Source: an uncultured Catonella sp.
GTDB taxonomy: Bacteria; Bacillota; Clostridia; Lachnospirales; Lachnospiraceae
NCBI GenBank assembly: GCA_916438995.1
Contig: CAKAGA010000009.1
Coordinates: 27,009-91,008, forward strand
Direction: 5' to 3'
DNA length: 64,000 nt
The number at the start of each line of letters is the position of its first letter. Position 1 is the first letter of the stretch. Shown piece after piece: positions 12,501-23,356 of this stretch. Position numbers and translations under genes: made by a program. The notes beneath the pieces are model-generated. The model was not told the DNA's origin and did no database searches. It worked only from the letters and a program-made list of their open reading frames with translations.

Positions 12501-13681
12501 ACATCACCGAGACTATATCCTGGCGCATTAAACTCTACCGTCCAGATTATTTTCTTACCACTTTTGTCAATCTGGCCTACCTTTTTTCCAAATTCATCAA
12601 ATCTTACCCACGCAGTAGCTTTAGCACTTTCACCACTACCAACAGGCATATATACCTGAACTTCGTTGTGATTGATAGTGTTTAAACTTCCATATTGGTT
12701 AATTCCCAAATTAGCAACTGTGCTGAGAGTAACTGTAGCCTTACCCTTGTTGTCAGGGTCTAAATCAGCATCAGTAATTATATATGTATGTTCAGCATAT
12801 GAAGTATCATCTCCAACATGTAATTTACCATTTTCATATTTCTCTGTTTCTTCTACCTGCTTACCATTTATAGTATAAGTTCCTTTTATATAATCACCAA
12901 ATTTAACTCCATTTACAAATTCACGAGTAGGAAGTTCACGAACCTTATATCCCTCAAGACTTAATGGTTTATCAGGCAGGCCTTTAACATGTCTGTCAAT
13001 TTCAATAGTCCAGTCTATCTTATGATTTTTAGCATCAAGTGTACCTGTTTTTGTAACCTTTAACTCGCCTTCTATATAACCAACTTCATAGTCTTTTCCA
13101 AAAAGCTTGATTGTCTTTTCAGAATTCTTCTCCCAATCAAGCTTGGTTATATCAGGCATTACTGATACGCTTGCACCTACCTTACCGCTCTTTTTCTTAA
13201 AAACAGCATCATCTGAATTTGAAAAGTCAAACCTAACTGTGATATGTCCCGTTGCAGGATCCTTTGTAAATACCGCATCACAGATTTTTAGCTTAGATTC
13301 GGTATCAGTGATTGGAAGAGTAAGTGAAGCCGAAGATTCATCAGCTCCTGCAAACTTAAGCCTGTCACCTAAGTCAAACTGAACATAATCTCCTTTATTG
13401 ATGTGCTCTTCAGGTTGAAGGTCTTCATCAAATATTGCCTCAAACGACATTTCAACCTTAATTTCTTTATTGGTGTCAATCTGGGTAGCCTCTTTTATTG
13501 GCTTATAATTATCCTCGCTAACCTTTTGACTAAGTACAAAAGTTGTACTATCCTTGCCTGCTACCAGGTTTGTCTTGTCAATTCCTGCAGCTGCTACATA
13601 CTCAGGAAGCTTTATGCCTGTTATGAATAAAGCTATTGTAAGTATCAAGCCTAATAGTGCAGAACCATGTTTTTTCCACAT
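9583..13681 (-). CDS. LPXTG-anchored surface adhesin copy 3; frameshifts near 12320 and 10915
   Basis: MWKKHGSALLG signal, SpaA-like IVKTDENGVKLAGAKF...GEYELTEDKTPDGY domain, NPPV repeats, LPKTGG-TM-RRKKEK. Confidence 0.88.
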
Positions 13682-13804
13682 ACTTTTTTCTCCTTTTGAA
13701 ATGATTTATGAGTCCGTTTACAGAAAAAGTATTTATCCCCTCCTTGGGATATCATAAAAAATAAATAAAGATAACCTATCTATTCTCTATGCATACCTAT
13801 TAAT

Positions 13805-13915
13805 ACTAATACCATATAATGGAAAAATTTGCAATTAAAAAATGCAAAAAAATGCACAAAACACCTATTTTCAATATATTTGCGTAAAACGATGCTTTGT
13901 GCCATGTTTTTTTCA
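13805..13915 (-). promoter_or_regulatory. terminator after rluD plus promoter of adhesin copy 3
   Basis: Imperfect hairpin GCACAAA...TTTGTGC with a U-tract, then TTGCAA-17 bp-TATTAG with extended TG; same layout as copies 1 and 2. Confidence 0.5.
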
Positions 13916-13949
13916 ACCTCAAATCTAAAACCACTGTAGTCCGTATTTA

Positions 13950-14933
13950 TCAAAAGCAGTTATTGAGCTTTATTAAGAGCTTAGTAAAGTATTCTGGTAA
14001 AGGTGCATGAAACTCCATATACTCCTTCGTCCTTGGATGGATGAAACCAAGCATTTCAGCGTGAAGAGTCTGTCCTTCAAGCTTAAAAGGATTTTTCGCC
14101 ACCCCGTAAACATTGTCCCCAAGCAAGGGATGTCCTATACTTGTCATATGTACCCTTATCTGGTGTGTTCTCCCCGTTTCAAGTTCACACTCTATATGGG
14201 CAAAATTATTTCCATTTGGAGAAGAATAGTTTTTAATTACCCTATAATGAGTGATAGCAGGCTTGCCATTAGGCACTATAGCCATTTTTTTTTTTCTGTC
14301 AGTCTTTGACCTACCTATTGCACCCTCTATTCTTCCTTCATCATCCTTGAAGCTTCCATAGACAATGGCCTGATATTTTCTTTTAATACTATGTTCTTTT
14401 AACTGCTCAGCAATAAATCTATGGGCTACATCATTCTTACAGGCGATTACTACACCTGTAGTATCCATATCAATCCTATGTACTATTCCGGGGCGTAATA
14501 CTCCATTTATGCCAGATAGGTTATCCTTGCAGTGGAACATAAGAGCATTGACAAGGGTTCCTGTATAATGACCTGCCGCAGGATGAACTACCATACCTTT
14601 TGGCTTATTTACAAGGATAACATCTTCATCCTCATAAAGAATATCAAGTGCAATATCCTCAGGAATAATCTCGACTTCCTTCACAGGAGGTAGATTTACA
14701 GTTATGGCAGCCCCATTATATACCTTAAAACTGCTTTTCACTATCTTTCCAGCAACCTGGACCCTGCCCTCATCTATAATATTTTTAAGATATGACCTAG
14801 AGTAGTCTGTAAGATTATCCGAGAGGTATTTATCTATTCTTTCTCCATCTTGACTAGAAGTTAACTCAATGATGTCATCGCAAAAGTCCTCCACGTCGAT
14901 ATCTTTAATCCCTAACTTGCTATTCTGTATCAT
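13950..14933 (-). CDS. rluD: RluA/RluD-family 23S rRNA pseudouridine synthase
   Basis: S4 domain, VNKPKGMVVHP, HRIDMDTTG and GRTHQIRVH motifs. Confidence 0.92.
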   Translation of the reverse strand: MIQNSKLGIKDIDVEDFCDDIIELTSSQDGERIDKYLSDNLTDYSRSYLKNIIDEGRVQVAGKIVKSSFKVYNGAAITVNLPPVKEVEIIPEDIALDILYEDEDVILVNKPKGMVVHPAAGHYTGTLVNALMFHCKDNLSGINGVLRPGIVHRIDMDTTGVVIACKNDVAHRFIAEQLKEHSIKRKYQAIVYGSFKDDEGRIEGAIGRSKTDRKKKMAIVPNGKPAITHYRVIKNYSSPNGNNFAHIECELETGRTHQIRVHMTSIGHPLLGDNVYGVAKNPFKLEGQTLHAEMLGFIHPRTKEYMEFHAPLPEYFTKLLIKLNNCF

Positions 14934-15456
14934 TTTTCACCTTACCAAGCATTTTATCAAAATCTTCATCCTTATAATAGAAAACACCAAGGAATATCAT
15001 TGTAGCTGCAGCTATGGTCACATAACAGTCAGCCACATTGAAGATAGGGAAGTTGATTAATTCAAAATATAAGAAATCAACTACATAGCTATGTCCATAG
15101 TTTATCATCGTCATCACTCTATCTGCAAAATTTCCCAAGGCTCCAGCAAGAAGGAGGACAAGTGCATAGTGAAAGAAACTGTATTTTTTTCCATATACTA
15201 TCTTTCTTAGCATAATCACTACCAAGCAGACTACAATAAGAGTAATTACTATAAATATCCAAAATCCCCCCTGAAGCATGCCAAATGCAGCACCAGAGTT
15301 GCCTCCCTCAAGCAAAGTAAGACTAAATACCCCCGAAATTAGAGATATACTACCATCCGACAGATATTTTACTGCCAATTGTTTAGTCAACAAGTCAAAG
15401 GCAGTCAAAATTACAACAGCTAACATTTCAAAAAGAAAAACTTTGTTTTTATTCAT
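14920..15456 (-). CDS. lspA: lipoprotein signal peptidase II
   Basis: NSGAAFG, GALGNFADR, VVDF and FNVAD motifs. Confidence 0.95.
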   Translation of the reverse strand: MNKNKVFLFEMLAVVILTAFDLLTKQLAVKYLSDGSISLISGVFSLTLLEGGNSGAAFGMLQGGFWIFIVITLIVVCLVVIMLRKIVYGKKYSFFHYALVLLLAGALGNFADRVMTMINYGHSYVVDFLYFELINFPIFNVADCYVTIAAATMIFLGVFYYKDEDFDKMLGKVKNDTE

Positions 15457-15458
15457 AT

Positions 15459-16568
15459 TTAACCTTCAATAATCTCATTTATTCCAAGCATTAACTCTTC
15501 ATCAGTTATATCCTTGTATATTTCTGCCCTTCCTATGTCAGCAGCAAGAATGAACTTTATCCTTCCACCCTGCATCTTTTTATCAGACTTTGTTGCAGCG
15601 AGTACATCCTCTCTGCTAAAAGACACTTCTGAAACAGAAATCTTCCTATACAGCTTATAGTCAGACAAAATCTTTTTCATTTCTTCAAGCTCTTTTTCTG
15701 ACATAAGCCCACGACTTACAGCTATTCTTCCAGCGGACAGCATGCCAAGGGCTACACATTCTCCATGGAGCAGACTGTACTTCATTAGTTTTTCAACTGC
15801 ATGACCTATAGTATGTCCATAATTTAATATAGCACGAAAACCTTCTTCCAAAGGATCTTTTTCTACTACTTCTTTTTTTATTCTACAAGAGTGATATATT
15901 ATATGTTCAAGAGATGAATAATTCTTTTCTAATATTTTCTTATAATTCTCCCTAAGATAATGTAAAAACTTCTCATCATAAATATACCCATATTTGATAA
16001 CCTCAGCCATTCCAGAAAGATATTCTCTTTCAGGCAGAGTGGATAAGGTTGCAACATTCATAAATACAAGCCTTGGCTGATGAAAGGCACCAACCATATT
16101 TTTATAAGACAAAAAATCTACTCCAGTTTTACCACCAACGCTTGAGTCTGACATTGCAAGCAAGGTAGTAGGAATCTGCGCAAACCTGATGCCTCTAAGA
16201 TAGGTTGCAGCCGTAAATCCAGCCAAGTCTCCAACAACACCTCCGCCTACAGCCAGTATTACATCGTTTCTTTCATACTTTTGCTTAATCAATTCCTCAT
16301 ATAATCCTTTGACAGTCGAAAGATTCTTGCTATCTTCCCCTGCTGTAAAAGTAAAGCTATTCACTATTTTACCTGTAGCTTGAATTAACTTAAGGATTTC
16401 TTTTTTTAAAAATCTGTCGGTATTTGAATCAAAAACTAACATATATTTACTACAATCGGGAAAAACATCCAATAATATATCCACTAACTTGATAAAATCA
16501 GGCTCGATGACTATGTTATACAAGTCACCGATGCCTGAATTAATTTCAACTTTTAATATTTTACTCAT
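15459..16568 (-). CDS. aroB: 3-dehydroquinate synthase
   Basis: GGGVVGDLAGF, PTTLLA..DSSVGGKTG, LNYGHTIGHA and LLHGE motifs. Confidence 0.95.
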   Translation of the reverse strand: MSKILKVEINSGIGDLYNIVIEPDFIKLVDILLDVFPDCSKYMLVFDSNTDRFLKKEILKLIQATGKIVNSFTFTAGEDSKNLSTVKGLYEELIKQKYERNDVILAVGGGVVGDLAGFTAATYLRGIRFAQIPTTLLAMSDSSVGGKTGVDFLSYKNMVGAFHQPRLVFMNVATLSTLPEREYLSGMAEVIKYGYIYDEKFLHYLRENYKKILEKNYSSLEHIIYHSCRIKKEVVEKDPLEEGFRAILNYGHTIGHAVEKLMKYSLLHGECVALGMLSAGRIAVSRGLMSEKELEEMKKILSDYKLYRKISVSEVSFSREDVLAATKSDKKMQGGRIKFILAADIGRAEIYKDITDEELMLGINEIIEG

Positions 16569-16605
16569 ATTTACCTTTGCTATCTGAGTTCTTAAAGAGC
16601 TGCAA

Positions 16606-17915
16606 TTACAATACATCGTCTTCAGAGCCAAATACATCACGTGGTATTCTGTTTATAAGATTCTCATTTATAGGAGCTGACTGCTCTTTTTTATGTTCTT
16701 GTTGAGTCATCTCCTGCTTAGCTATTTCTTCAGCAGCAAGTTTCCTCGCAAGAAGTACCCTTCTTTCCTGAGCATTCATTTCTCCAGCACGCACATTGTT
16801 TATTGGCTTGCTTTTAGCTTCTGAAGTAGGTATTTCTGTAACTGTGTGTTCAACTCCTTGTGAAACTGTCCCCGCCATAACTGACTTCAGCTCAGCGGCA
16901 GGATTCATATCTGAAGAAGGCTTTGCTACCTGTGCAGGCTTAGCTTCTGCTGCAGTTTTCATTCCAGGTAAGATACGAGGCTCAGCAAAATGTCTTGCTC
17001 CACTTACAGGTGCTGATTGAGCCGCTGATTTAGTTACCTGAGCAGAATTTAAATCCTGGTTAATCTTTGGAACTTTTACTGGTTTTATCCCCTGCACAGA
17101 TTTGGCTTCTGTTATCGGCTTTTCTTGTGAAGGTTTTGCTGTATTAATTTCTTTGCTGTCAGGTACAGCTTTTGCAGTAGTAGCTTGTCTTACTTCAGGA
17201 GAAGCTGCTGTTTCAGAAGCTGTTTTAACGTCCTGAGCAGGCTTAGCTACGGCCTTATGCTTTAATTCAGGTATATGTTCTATATTCTCTTCTTCAATTT
17301 TCTCTAAGGTGGATTCAAATTGTCCCGTTAAATCACTTTCTGAATCTTCTTTTGCATCCTCAGACATATCTTCAATATTTTCAGAATATTCATCATCTTC
17401 AGGGACAGCTAGTCTGGCCTCTTCTAGCTCATCCTTTAGCTTCAAGTAACCATCTAGATCATTGACAGATATTTTATACGAATCACTATTAATCAAATCC
17501 ATCTGAGTGTTAATAAGATTTTTAATATAGGACTTGTAAAGCTCAAATCTTCTATTTAACTCGTCTGTTTGCCTGTAAACAGCATCCAAATCGTTCTTAG
17601 CCTTGGTTATTATTTCATCTGCTTTTGTACGTGCAACTCTTTCAATGATTTTAGCCTTATTTAAAGCCTTTTTCCTGTTTTTCATCTGCTGTTTTTTGAG
17701 CAAGCACAAGAGACTTCTGTAGGGTCTTTTCAATGGACTTGTAATACTGCATTCCTTCACTTAATGCAACAATCTTTTCTTGAAGCTCCGCATTTTCTTT
17801 ACTAATTACATTGTAAGTATCTACAACTTTAGCTATGTAGTCATCTACACTCTTTTTAGTATAGCCAATACCCTTCTTAAATTCATAGTTTTTAATCTCT
17901 TCTAGTGAAAAGCAT
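16606..17915 (-). CDS. divIVA: DivIVA-domain protein with long acidic/low-complexity tail; frameshifted
   Basis: N-terminus EFKKGIGYTKKSVDDYI...ENAELQEKI, then a coiled coil LVLAQKTADE; located after ylmH. Confidence 0.8.
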
Positions 17916-17932
17916 AATCCCCTCCTGCAAAA

Positions 17933-18710
17933 TTAACAATATTTTTCCAATATGAATTTGTAGCCTGTCTTTCTTTGTTTTTCCTAAGCTTTCATAAAAA
18001 ATAAATTTACCAAAACCTCTTACAGATATAATATCACCTTCCACAACCTGATAATGGCTTGATGATGTTGCCGCAGAGTTTACAGCAACCTTATCCCCAT
18101 CAATCAAAGCTTTTACCTTAGTCCGCGAAAGATTAAGAGCTTCTCCTATTATAACATCCAACCTAAGCGATGGTACAGTACCATACTTGTCCTCAATTCT
18201 TCTACTGGTCATTGCTTCCTCAGCAGATATTCTGGTTGCACTTACAATACTTCTTCCAATTTGCCTTAATTCACTCAGTATAAAGTCAGAGATTTTGTTT
18301 TGACAAAACACAAAGGCTTTAACTATTTTTCCATTTTCTGATACAGTAAATATATCTCCTATCAGCTTCCTTTCTATTCCAAGCCCCAATATTGCACCAA
18401 GAAAATCCCTATGTGTAAGTGAGTTGTTTTCAAATTTAGCACTTTTAATCAATATTTCTATACAATCAATAGGGAAAATAATATCTTCCCTATCCTCAAA
18501 AGAGGCAGGAAAACACACTATGACTCTTTCTGCATCTTCTACGCCTCCATATAGGAAAAACCTTCCTAACGGAAGGTTTGCCGCCTGTTTCTTTAAAATT
18601 GCAACTTCCCTGTTGTTAAGAAAATCTGAAAAAACACTTATATCCCTGGCAGAAGAGACCTTTGCCAGGTCTAACAAATGCCTAAATACTAAATTTTCTT
18701 CCTTATCCAT
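17933..18710 (-). CDS. ylmH: YlmH-family S4 RNA-binding protein
   Basis: SDFL, LTHRDFLGAILGLG, SLRLD and GDIISVRGFGK motifs. Confidence 0.9.
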
Positions 18711-18711
18711 A

Positions 18712-19260
18712 TTACTGTCCATTTAACTTAGGTACAGCAAAGAGAGTGTCTATAAGTTCTTCTTCGTTTTCAACTGTGAGTTCAACATTCTCAGGTGAAA
18801 TGATATATACATACTTTGACACCGCTCTAAACTTTCCATTGATTGCATGCATGGTTCCAAAAACAAAATCTACTATACGCTGAGCCTCTAAAGTATCTAA
18901 AGCTTCAAGATTGAGAGCCACTATAGAGCCTGCAAGTAATTTGTCACAGATATCTTCAACCTCATCAAATCCCTTAGGAAGCTTTACACAGACTTCTGCA
19001 CCAGCCTTACTGCTCTTTTTTATAGGTATAACCTTGCGGTTATCCTTTGAAGCAGTTGTTTTCTTCTTTTTCTCGAAAAATGAAGGCTCATCATCCTCTT
19101 CTTCATAGTCTTCCTCATAGTCGTTTCTTCTAAGCTGTCTTGATCCGGAAGACTCTATGCGCTCTTCCTCAAGCTCGTCTTCATAGTCCTCATCATAATC
19201 ATCATCATAGTCGTTTCCGTCTTTGAACGACGAAATCATATGGCTAATTTTCTTAAACAT
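18712..19260 (-). CDS. sepF: cell division protein SepF
   Basis: Acidic linker plus AQRIVDFVFG..AING C-terminal domain; sits between yggS and ylmH. Confidence 0.9.
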   Translation of the reverse strand: MFKKISHMISSFKDGNDYDDDYDEDYEDELEEERIESSGSRQLRRNDYEEDYEEEDDEPSFFEKKKKTTASKDNRKVIPIKKSSKAGAEVCVKLPKGFDEVEDICDKLLAGSIVALNLEALDTLEAQRIVDFVFGTMHAINGKFRAVSKYVYIISPENVELTVENEEELIDTLFAVPKLNGQ

Positions 19261-19282
19261 ATACACACTCCTATTATTAATC

Positions 19283-19979
19283 TCAAGTCGAATAGTCTCT
19301 ATGACCGAATATTCCGGTACCAACCCTTACAAGAGTAGCTCCTTCTTCAATTGCCGTTTCATAGTCACCGGTCATTCCCATCGAAAGGACATTCATATTC
19401 ACATTATGAATGTTTTTACTATTCAAGTCAACCATTATTTTTATTAAGTTCTCTAAAATATTTACGATTTTCTTCTGGTACCTCAACAAAAGGCGCAACC
19501 GTCATTAGTCCCTTCACACTTATATGTTCGAATTCTGCCACTTCTCTTACAAATTCTTCCACATTTTCAGGTAGAACACCGAACTTGGTATCTTCTTTCG
19601 CAATATTTACTTCCACCAACACATCCGCTATCACTCCTCGTTTGACTGCTTCTTTTTCAAGAGCTTCTGCAAGTCTTAGGTTCTCAAGAGAGTGAATTAG
19701 TGAAACCTTACCCACTACATATTTAGCTTTATTGGTTTGAAGATGCCCGATTAGATGCCACTCAAGATCTTCTTCAATCTTTTCCATCTTTTCTTTAAGC
19801 TCTTGAACCTTATTCTCACCAAAAGACCTGATTCCATACCTCATAGCCTCTTTAATTGCCTCTACAGGATGTGTCTTACTGACAGCTATGAGTTCTACCT
19901 CATCTCTGTTTCTTCCTGCTCTTTTACAGGCAGCAGCAATCTTCTCCTCAACCAAACTAAGATTTTCTGATATTCCCAT
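19283..19979 (-). CDS. yggS: PLP homeostasis protein YggS; frameshift near 19440
   Basis: [26 protein letters not shown] and LSMGMTGDY...VRVGTGIFG motifs. Confidence 0.92.
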
Positions 19980-19980
19980 A

Positions 19981-21381
19981 TTACTCCTTATCCATCTTAT
20001 CAGCATTAAGAATTATATTATCATATTCACTTAAATTATAGCCTTTATCAGAAGGAATGAGATAATACTCGCTGTTCTCACTTGACACATTCTCTATATC
20101 AGGCTCAACATGTCTAAATCTAGGATAGCCGTTATTGATGTTGTAAACTCCCTTCATAAGCTTGGTAGTGCTGATAGTAAAAGTATTTTGACTATTGGGC
20201 GTCATGAGCTCGTCTCCAGGCTTAAGGCCTTCGGTTATATCCACATATACCTTCTTCTTCTTTGTATCCCTATAGCAGATTTCAGTCTCAACATAACTGG
20301 TTTTAATTGTATCATTCTTATTTTTATCAAGTAGTGTAAATCCTCCTGACTTATTGCCTCCACCGTTCATATAGCATTCTTCAGGGATTTCATATACCTG
20401 TCTTTCGACCACAGATGATTTAGGCACCTTGAGACCACTTACACTCTTAAGCACTATATAGACATTGACAAATCTCTTATCAGCATAGTCGACCATGTAA
20501 TTGTAAAATGTAAGTACAATATAATCATTTCCGTTTATTTCAGTAATATCAGCCTTTGCCTTTGCGTTAAACCCCTTATTGTCAACATTTACATCCACAT
20601 AGCTTTTATCCTTTAGAAGCTCTTTTTGGGTTTCATTGATAGGAACCACTACCTTCCATACTTCATCTGAAATAAGCTTATATACAGGCACACCTGCCTC
20701 TATCTTACCTTCAGTTTCAGTAGCTGTCTTTAGTATATAGCTGTTTTGATTTTCAAATATATCGGTTGTAATAGATTCTTCGCTAAGGTTCTCAAGTCCA
20801 TCTGCCCCGTAGACAACTATACCACTATCACTTGCAGAGCTCACACTGAAAGAGTCCTTGTTCTCGGAAGACTTCTTAAGAGAAGCCATAATCTTATTCC
20901 CTGAAGTAGTCATAACAGTCTCTTTCATATTCTCTTTGAGGCCATAGGTACTGATAAAATTGTCATCCCTGTTGATTTGAAACTGATGTAATATTCCGGT
21001 AATCCTCTCACCTGATTCATCACTCTGGTCGTCAAGCAAAAGCTTTGAGTATATATTTCCTGTCTTATCAATGGAAAACACAGCTTCATTCTTTTTCACC
21101 CTAGAGTTGCCGTTTACATAATAATTTATATATCCTGCTTCCTCGGACTTTACCACTAATTCATTTCTAAGAGCCAGCCCCGTTGTATTGATTACCTCAG
21201 TTTTTTCATCGCTTACCACCCTATATATCGAGGTCTTCTCCCTAGTCATATAAATAAATGTATGTCCCAATATATATATCAATATGATTCCAAAGACAAC
21301 GAAGCCTACATGAAATGATTTTTTTTCTCCATATCGGATTACATTGTTCTTCTTTTTCCCAGCCTTCTTTCTTGCAGCCAA
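19981..21381 (-). CDS. membrane-anchored HlyD/membrane-fusion-like protein
   Basis: N-terminal TM, GYINYY and SGIVVY..DGLE hairpin-like motifs, GLKVPKSSV; this position before yggS is typical in Clostridia. Confidence 0.6.
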   Translation of the reverse strand: MAARKKAGKKKNNVIRYGEKKSFHVGFVVFGIILIYILGHTFIYMTREKTSIYRVVSDEKTEVINTTGLALRNELVVKSEEAGYINYYVNGNSRVKKNEAVFSIDKTGNIYSKLLLDDQSDESGERITGILHQFQINRDDNFISTYGLKENMKETVMTTSGNKIMASLKKSSENKDSFSVSSASDSGIVVYGADGLENLSEESITTDIFENQNSYILKTATETEGKIEAGVPVYKLISDEVWKVVVPINETQKELLKDKSYVDVNVDNKGFNAKAKADITEINGNDYIVLTFYNYMVDYADKRFVNVYIVLKSVSGLKVPKSSVVERQVYEIPEECYMNGGGNKSGGFTLLDKNKNDTIKTSYVETEICYRDTKKKKVYVDITEGLKPGDELMTPNSQNTFTISTTKLMKGVYNINNGYPRFRHVEPDIENVSSENSEYYLIPSDKGYNLSEYDNIILNADKMDKE

Positions 21382-21453
21382 TATCTAATCCTCCAAACAA
21401 ACAAACTGCCACACCATTAATAATGTGACAGCCTGTAAAATAACGCCATAATC

Positions 21454-21873
21454 TTATAAGGAAACCAGCACATTACGCTTATATTCCTCAGGAAGTTCCT
21501 CACTCTTAACAGAAAGACTGAGAATAATGTCCACACTGTATTTATCTGCAACCTGAATAATCTTATCTAGCACAGGTTTCATTGTTTCCTTGTCTGTCAA
21601 CGAAATCTTAAGGAAGCTATCAAGGAAAATGGCTTCAAGATCGTGATCCTGAGAGATGATTCCGCAAACGAAACCGATAAACTCACTGGCATTCTCTACG
21701 AAGAAATCTTTCACATTTATAAGACGGATCTTATTGTTAAGCTCATACATATGAGCAAGATCCTTGTCAAGAAATACAACATTGCCACCTGAAGTCTTAA
21801 TTGCTTCATTGGCTTTTTCAAGTATTACCTTTGTCTTACCTTTTCCTTTTTCCCCACAAATAATATTTACCAT
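21454..21873 (-). CDS. conserved small P-loop-like protein
   Basis: IICGEKGKGKT Walker-A-like N-terminus, 139 aa, good RBS. Confidence 0.7.
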   Translation of the reverse strand: MVNIICGEKGKGKTKVILEKANEAIKTSGGNVVFLDKDLAHMYELNNKIRLINVKDFFVENASEFIGFVCGIISQDHDLEAIFLDSFLKISLTDKETMKPVLDKIIQVADKYSVDIILSLSVKSEELPEEYKRNVLVSL

Positions 21874-21947
21874 AGTAAAACCCTCCTTTTATATGAAAAA
21901 GTTTATTAAGCACTAATATTATATGTCAAAAATGCTATAAAATACAA

Positions 21948-22937
21948 TCATTTTGAAGTATTTTGAGGTAAATTTTCAAAAACAGTTCCAAGCTGTGCAT
22001 AGAGATTGAGACTGTCTGATGCCTTGAGTACACCCACTATATAATTCTTATCAGCAGATGACTTAAATGACATCAAGATACAAGAACCTGCCTCATCTGT
22101 AGTTCCCGTCTTTCCGCCTATTACAGTATAACCATCAGGAACTTTTAGTAAACCTGCAAGATACTGATTGGTTGAAGACATCTTAGTCGTTACCTCATTG
22201 CCTAGGACATTTTTATATACCATGGTGTATGAACCCTGATTAATAATCTCAACAAACTCCGGAATCTTAAGAAGCTCATTGAAGATTAGATACTGGTCAT
22301 ACAAGGTAGTATAGTGGGCATTGTCATGAAGTCCCGTACTATTAACAAATCTGCTGTGGGTAGCACCGATTTTCTTTGCCTCTTCATTCATAAGAAGGGC
22401 GAACTTCTCTTCACTTCCGCTAACTACTACAGCAAGCGCCTTGGCCGCATCATTTGCTGATGTTACCAGAGCCGCATTAAGGAGTTGTCTAATAGTAACC
22501 TGATCCCCATCCATAAGTCTGATTTTCTTGGCATAAGGCTCAGTAATCTTAATTGCTTCTCCGTCTAATTTCACTAACCTGTCCAAATCACTTTCTTTTT
22601 TGAAAACCACATAGGCAGTCATCATTTTAGTGAGGCTTGCAGGATACATTTTCTTAAAGCAATTCTTGGCATAAATAGACTTCTCTTCATTTGCCACTAT
22701 AACTGACTTCGCATTAAAAGATGGCTTATCTTTTAATTTGTTGATATTTTTATCTGTCAACACAACGAGTCCGTCAGACATAAGAGATAGCTCGGTGGCA
22801 GAAGCAACTTTTTCGTACGCTCTACCACCTGTACCCTCGTCTCCATACGGAAAATAGGCTATGGCGTTGCTCCCACAGCCGGTAAGTAAAACTCCACACA
22901 GAGCAGCAAGAATTATTTTACTCTTTAATCTAATCAT
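21948..22937 (-). CDS. D-alanyl-D-alanine carboxypeptidase (S11), lipoprotein
   Basis: Lipobox LTGC; catalytic motifs PASLTK, SAN and GKTG. Confidence 0.9.
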   Translation of the reverse strand: MIRLKSKIILAALCGVLLTGCGSNAIAYFPYGDEGTGGRAYEKVASATELSLMSDGLVVLTDKNINKLKDKPSFNAKSVIVANEEKSIYAKNCFKKMYPASLTKMMTAYVVFKKESDLDRLVKLDGEAIKITEPYAKKIRLMDGDQVTIRQLLNAALVTSANDAAKALAVVVSGSEEKFALLMNEEAKKIGATHSRFVNSTGLHDNAHYTTLYDQYLIFNELLKIPEFVEIINQGSYTMVYKNVLGNEVTTKMSSTNQYLAGLLKVPDGYTVIGGKTGTTDEAGSCILMSFKSSADKNYIVGVLKASDSLNLYAQLGTVFENLPQNTSK

Positions 22938-23332
22938 GACTTATACAATTCTCTCCAGTCAAGGTCTCCCCTATCCAAAGCTTTTATCATAAGCTCAGCT
23001 GAGGCAAGATTGGTTGCCGCAGGAATGTTGTTGGCATCACAAAGCCTTAATATATTGCTTATATTAGGCTCATGAGTCTTTGATGAAAGTGGATCCCTTA
23101 AGAATATTACCAAATCAATTTCATTGTGGTCAATCTGGGCAGCCATCTGCTGTTCTCCGCCCAAATGTCCAGCAAGATACTTGTGTATGTTCAGATTGGT
23201 AACTTCTTCTATAAGCCTACCTGTTGTTCCGGTTGCATATAAAGTATTCTTGCCTAATATTCCTCTATAAGCAATGCAAAAATTCTGCATTAGCTTCTTT
23301 TTCGCATCATGCGCGACCAAACCAATATTCAT
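22934..23332 (-). CDS. mgsA: methylglyoxal synthase
   Basis: AHDAKK, ATGTTG, HEP and ATNLASA motifs. Confidence 0.92.
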   Translation of the reverse strand: MNIGLVAHDAKKKLMQNFCIAYRGILGKNTLYATGTTGRLIEEVTNLNIHKYLAGHLGGEQQMAAQIDHNEIDLVIFLRDPLSSKTHEPNISNILRLCDANNIPAATNLASAELMIKALDRGDLDWRELYKS

Positions 23333-23356
23333 ATTCCACCCCTTTACAATGTTTAT

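Noticed and set aside
701..13681. Shufflon or invertible adhesin locus, or a sortase pilus operon
   Set aside because: All copies are co-oriented with their own signal peptide and anchor; no recombinase, inversion sites or sortase in the window.
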